Shown here: positions 60,636-64,000 of the stretch, piece by piece | Position numbering within the stretch: the stretch's first letter is position 1 | Layout: each line of letters opens with the position of its first letter | NCBI GenBank assembly: GCA_965222075.1 | Contig: OZ244937.1 | Coordinates: 1,376,001-1,440,000 of the forward strand | Length of the DNA stretch: 64,000 nt | From: Candidatus Latescibacterota bacterium | GTDB lineage: Bacteria > Latescibacterota > UBA2968 > GCA-2709665 | Direction of reading: 5' to 3' | The notes under the pieces: model-generated | The model's database searches: none | The model's input: only the letters and a program-made list of their open reading frames with translations | What the model was told of the DNA's origin: nothing | Translations under genes and position numbers: made by a program

Positions 60636-61387
60636 AGATCATCCGCGAATTGAAAACGCCCACTTCCGGCCTTGCCGAATATCTCGATGCCGTGGACGAC
60701 GACGCGAATTGGGTCGAATTCCGCTCTCACGATTCGGGAGCGTCTTACCACGAACTCAGGGATGCCCTGACCCATAGCCAACACGGGCTTTGCGCGTACT
60801 GCGAGATGGTGATCGATGAGTGGCGTCGTCAGGTCGAGCATGTGATCCCGCAGAGCGATGACGGATTAGGTAAAGTGAAAGCCCTCGACATAGCCAACAT
60901 GGTCGCCTGCTGCAAGGGTGGAATCGTGCAGGATGGTGATGAGGATCATTATCGTAGGCCAGTGAGACACACCATGAGTTGTGGTCAGGCAAAGGGAAAT
61001 CAGATTGACGAAAATTTTATTGACCCCCGTACACTACCTGCGTTGCCATCGCTTGTGAGGGTGGTTGATAACGGGCTGATTGAAGCAGACGAAAATGCCT
61101 GCGAAAGGGCCTGTTTTCTTCCCGACCATGTAACCCGCACCATTGAGATTCTGAACCTCAACGCGGAACGGCTCCGGTTGCAGCGGGAGAAGCGGTGGAA
61201 TGGTCTTGAGGAAGAGTCCGGACAAATTGATGATCCGGACAATCCAGATATGATGAATACCTGGATACGCTCTGTGCTGACGCCGGATGAGAACGACCGG
61301 TTGGATCCCTTCTTCACCACTACCCGGTCGTACTTCGCCCCGTTGGGCGAAGGCATCCTGGCAGAAGAACCCCAAAAGTGGATTTGA
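60632..61387 (+). CDS. HNH endonuclease, Septu PtuB / TIGR02646-like
   Basis: QHGLCAYCE, VEHVIPQ, NMVACC, SCG..K, TIEILNLN; ATGA overlap with the ATPase. Confidence 0.85.
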   Translation: MKIIRELKTPTSGLAEYLDAVDDDANWVEFRSHDSGASYHELRDALTHSQHGLCAYCEMVIDEWRRQVEHVIPQSDDGLGKVKALDIANMVACCKGGIVQDGDEDHYRRPVRHTMSCGQAKGNQIDENFIDPRTLPALPSLVRVVDNGLIEADENACERACFLPDHVTRTIEILNLNAERLRLQREKRWNGLEEESGQIDDPDNPDMMNTWIRSVLTPDENDRLDPFFTTTRSYFAPLGEGILAEEPQKWI

Positions 61388-61391
61388 ACCG

Positions 61392-64000
61392 ATGACTGAC
61401 ACCCGCCTTATAGAACGCTGGCTGCCGATTGCGGCTCTTGGAGAAGAGAGTATTCGCGAGCGACGTTCTATGACGGCATTGCCTCCTACCTATTATCTCC
61501 ACGTCTGGTGGGCGCGGCGGCCGCTGGTGGCGTCGCGGGCGGCTGTTCTGGCGTCACTGCTACCCGCGGACGCCGACAGGGATAAGTTTATGCGTGTCCT
61601 TGGGATTCATGGGGACCCGGTTGCCGCCAAGAAACGAATTGCTATTGCAAACCGGAAAGGGGAACGTTTAGGTGCAAACGCCTACGGTTATCCGCGCGCG
61701 TTTGGCTACACTCCGGACAATCGGGACAAGGCTTGGCTGGCCGAGAATTCGATGAACGGAGCTATCGTTGCTGATCCGACAGCTGGTGGTGGCAGTGTGC
61801 CCTTTGAGGCCGTTCGTCTTGGACTTGCAATCTATGCCAACGACCTGAACCCGGTTGCGGCCCTGATCGAACGCGCGACGCTTGACTGGCCCGCCATGCA
61901 TGGCCCCGAAATCAAGGTGGCCGTCGAAGAGTTGGGAAACAAGCTAACAGTGGAAGTCCGTAAGCGCCTCGCTGACGTATTTCCCGATGAACCGGGAAAC
62001 AACGCCCGGCCAGACGGCTACCTCTGGGCACACACCATCTCCTGTCCCTATTGCGACGGCCTTGTGCCGCTTTCGCCCAACTGGCGTCTCGCGCCCGACG
62101 GGACGGGGGTCAGGCTCAAGCCTCACCTGGCTTCCGGCCCCGGGACGCAGGGCCGTGTCTGTTCGTTCGAGATCGTCCAATCCGCCAGGGAACAGTCGAA
62201 TGGCACGGTGGCGCGTGGTGCCGGCACCTGCCCGTATCCCGATTGCGGGCGCGTGATCGACGGCGATGAGATCAAGACGCAGGCCCAGGCCGGCCACATG
62301 GGCGAGCAACTCTACACCGTCGTCTACAAGAAACGGGTGCTCAGCGAGACCAAGACCGGCAAGACCCGCGAGAAGTGGGTTCGCGGCTACCGGGCGCCGC
62401 GTCCCGAGGACGACAACAGCGCCGAAATTCAGGCGAGGCTTGCCGAGAAGCTGCCCGAGTGGGAAGCATTTGATATTATACCAACCGAGAGCTACGATTA
62501 TATGTATAGCGACCGGTCAAAAATCTATGGCGTCAACAAATGGAGCGACCTGTTCTCGCCGCGCCAGCTCCTTTGCCACGGCACGAGCGTCGAGATTTTC
62601 CGTGAAATGCTCGACGCCGACCGGGCGGAGGGAAAGCTGAATGAGATTCGCCAAGCGGCGTACGGGTACTTGGCGCTCTCAATCAATAAGTTACTAAACT
62701 ACAACTCCCGGATGACTCGTTGGATTGTGCCCCGTGAAGTTGTGGCGGGCACATTCGATCGGCACGACTTCGCTTTCAAATGGTCCTATGCTGAAATGGC
62801 CCCCCTCATCGTCGGCCTGGGCTATGACTGGGCCATCAAACAGACTGCCAAGTGCATCGACGAACTCGTCGCGCTGGTTCGCCCCGAAGCGAACGACCCT
62901 GCGGGCGATCTGTTCGACAGCGCCGGCGCGATGGAATACACCCCACCGCCCGTCACCATCACCTGTAAGCCGGGCGACAGCCTCGACCATATCGAGGACG
63001 GCAGCATTGACGCGGTGGTCATGGACCCGCCCTATTACGACAACGTGATGTATGCCGAGCTATCGGACTTCTTCTATGTCTGGCTCAAGCGCACCGCCGG
63101 GCATGTCTTCCCGGAGCTGTTCCGCCGTCACCTGACGGACAAGGACAACGAGGCCGTCGCCAATCCGGCGAGGTTCAAGGGCGAAAAGGGCGCCCGGGCG
63201 CTCGCGGGACGGGAGTATCAGGAGCGGATGGCCTCCATCTTCGCCGAGTGCCGCCGGACGCTGAAGCCCGACGGCATCATGACCTTGATGTTCACCCACA
63301 AGGCGACCGGGGCCTGGGACGCCCTCACCAAAGGACTGATGGAAGCGGGCTTCGCCATCACTGCTTCATGGCCGATCAACACCGAGGCCGAAGGCAGCCT
63401 GCACATCAAGAACAAGGCGGCGGCCAACAGCACCATCTTTCTGGTCTGCCGCCCGCGCCCTCCCCGTGCGGAAGAGAATACACTGAAGGTGCGCGAAGCG
63501 CCGGCGGTCTACGGCGAAGCCACAACCGCGGTTTATTGGGAGGACGTGGAACCGCGGGTCGCCAGGGCGGTGCGAACGCGGGTCCAGGAATTCCAGGCCG
63601 CGGGCATTGCCGGAGTCGATCTGTATCTGGCTTCCTTCGGCCCCGCGTTGGAGGAGTTCTCGCGCCACTGGCCGTTAAAGCGCGGCACGCCGCACGAAAT
63701 CCCGGAGAAGCGTCGGCGGCGGCGCCAGCAGGTCCTGTTCGAGGAAGAATGGGACCCCTACGCCGCCACGCCGGAAGACGCCCTTGACGCGGCCCGGCGC
63801 GAGGTCAAGCGCTGGCGACTGGAGCAACTGACGCATCTGAAGGCCGATGCCGATCTCGATCCGGCCACGGCGTTTCTCGTGCTGGCGTGGGACGCCTTTA
63901 AGGCGCCGAAGTTTTCCTACGACGAAGCGCTGAGGCTCGCCCGCGCCGTCGGTATCGATCTCGATAATGACATCGTCGGCCGGCTCGCGGAGAAGAAAGG
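61392..64000 (+). CDS. DUF1156 adenine-specific DNA methyltransferase (gene C), intact start, runs off the window
   Basis: Not in the ORF track because it has no stop in the window. MTDTRLIERWLP...LHVWWARRP, DPTAGGGSVPFE (SAM-binding), CPYC/CPYPDC zinc ribbon, MDPPYYDN catalytic motif. Confidence 0.9.
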   Translation, partial: MTDTRLIERWLPIAALGEESIRERRSMTALPPTYYLHVWWARRPLVASRAAVLASLLPADADRDKFMRVLGIHGDPVAAKKRIAIANRKGERLGANAYGYPRAFGYTPDNRDKAWLAENSMNGAIVADPTAGGGSVPFEAVRLGLAIYANDLNPVAALIERATLDWPAMHGPEIKVAVEELGNKLTVEVRKRLADVFPDEPGNNARPDGYLWAHTISCPYCDGLVPLSPNWRLAPDGTGVRLKPHLASGPGTQGRVCSFEIVQSAREQSNGTVARGAGTCPYPDCGRVIDGDEIKTQAQAGHMGEQLYTVVYKKRVLSETKTGKTREKWVRGYRAPRPEDDNSAEIQARLAEKLPEWEAFDIIPTESYDYMYSDRSKIYGVNKWSDLFSPRQLLCHGTSVEIFREMLDADRAEGKLNEIRQAAYGYLALSINKLLNYNSRMTRWIVPREVVAGTFDRHDFAFKWSYAEMAPLIVGLGYDWAIKQTAKCIDELVALVRPEANDPAGDLFDSAGAMEYTPPPVTITCKPGDSLDHIEDGSIDAVVMDPPYYDNVMYAELSDFFYVWLKRTAGHVFPELFRRHLTDKDNEAVANPARFKGEKGARALAGREYQERMASIFAECRRTLKPDGIMTLMFTHKATGAWDALTKGLMEAGFAITASWPINTEAEGSLHIKNKAAANSTIFLVCRPRPPRAEENTLKVREAPAVYGEATTAVYWEDVEPRVARAVRTRVQEFQAAGIAGVDLYLASFGPALEEFSRHWPLKRGTPHEIPEKRRRRRQQVLFEEEWDPYAATPEDALDAARREVKRWRLEQLTHLKADADLDPATAFLVLAWDAFKAPKFSYDEALRLARAVGIDLDNDIVGRLAEKK

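Larger units (their letters stand above)
45875..64000 (+). other. Anti-phage defence island: DUF499/B/DUF1156 scaffold with four cargo modules
   Basis: All genes co-directional and mostly translationally coupled; defence-type domains; scaffold-derived scars between modules. Confidence 0.85.

Overview
Bacterial chromosomal window, GC-rich. The dockerin/EF-hand, LRR, FN3 and cadherin surface protein suggests a Latescibacterota/Gemmatimonadota-like, possibly sponge-associated organism (inference only). Bases 1-26.6 kb are mostly housekeeping genes on the minus strand: a gcvT-glyA fusion, leuS, asnS, M16 peptidase, pnp, rpsO, ribF, truB, rbfA, infB, nusA, rimP, der, tRNA-Gly(CCC), miaA and mutL. 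Bases 26.8-37.7 kb hold a ~3,400-aa adhesin/metalloprotease gene broken by two -1 frameshifts. It is bracketed by a duplicated mobA 3'-end/promoter, which suggests an insertion. Bases 37.8-45.5 kb hold rtcB-COG0523-archease-mobA, an FGE-domain lipoprotein, class I aldolase, two membrane proteins and folE. Bases 46-64 kb are a defence island built on a DUF499 ATPase / small gene B / DUF1156 methyltransferase (BREX-related, 'restriction-like') scaffold. Between gene B and the methyltransferase sit four cargo modules: a Menshen-like trio, an unrecognised trio ending in a metallo-beta-lactamase-fold protein, an Hna-like helicase-nuclease, and a Septu/PtuAB-like pair. Each cargo is separated from the next by a mosaic scar made of pieces of the scaffold genes, joined at microhomologies. 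This looks like a cassette array of defence modules that grew by tandem acquisition and core deletion, with no integrase visible in the window. It is the main finding.
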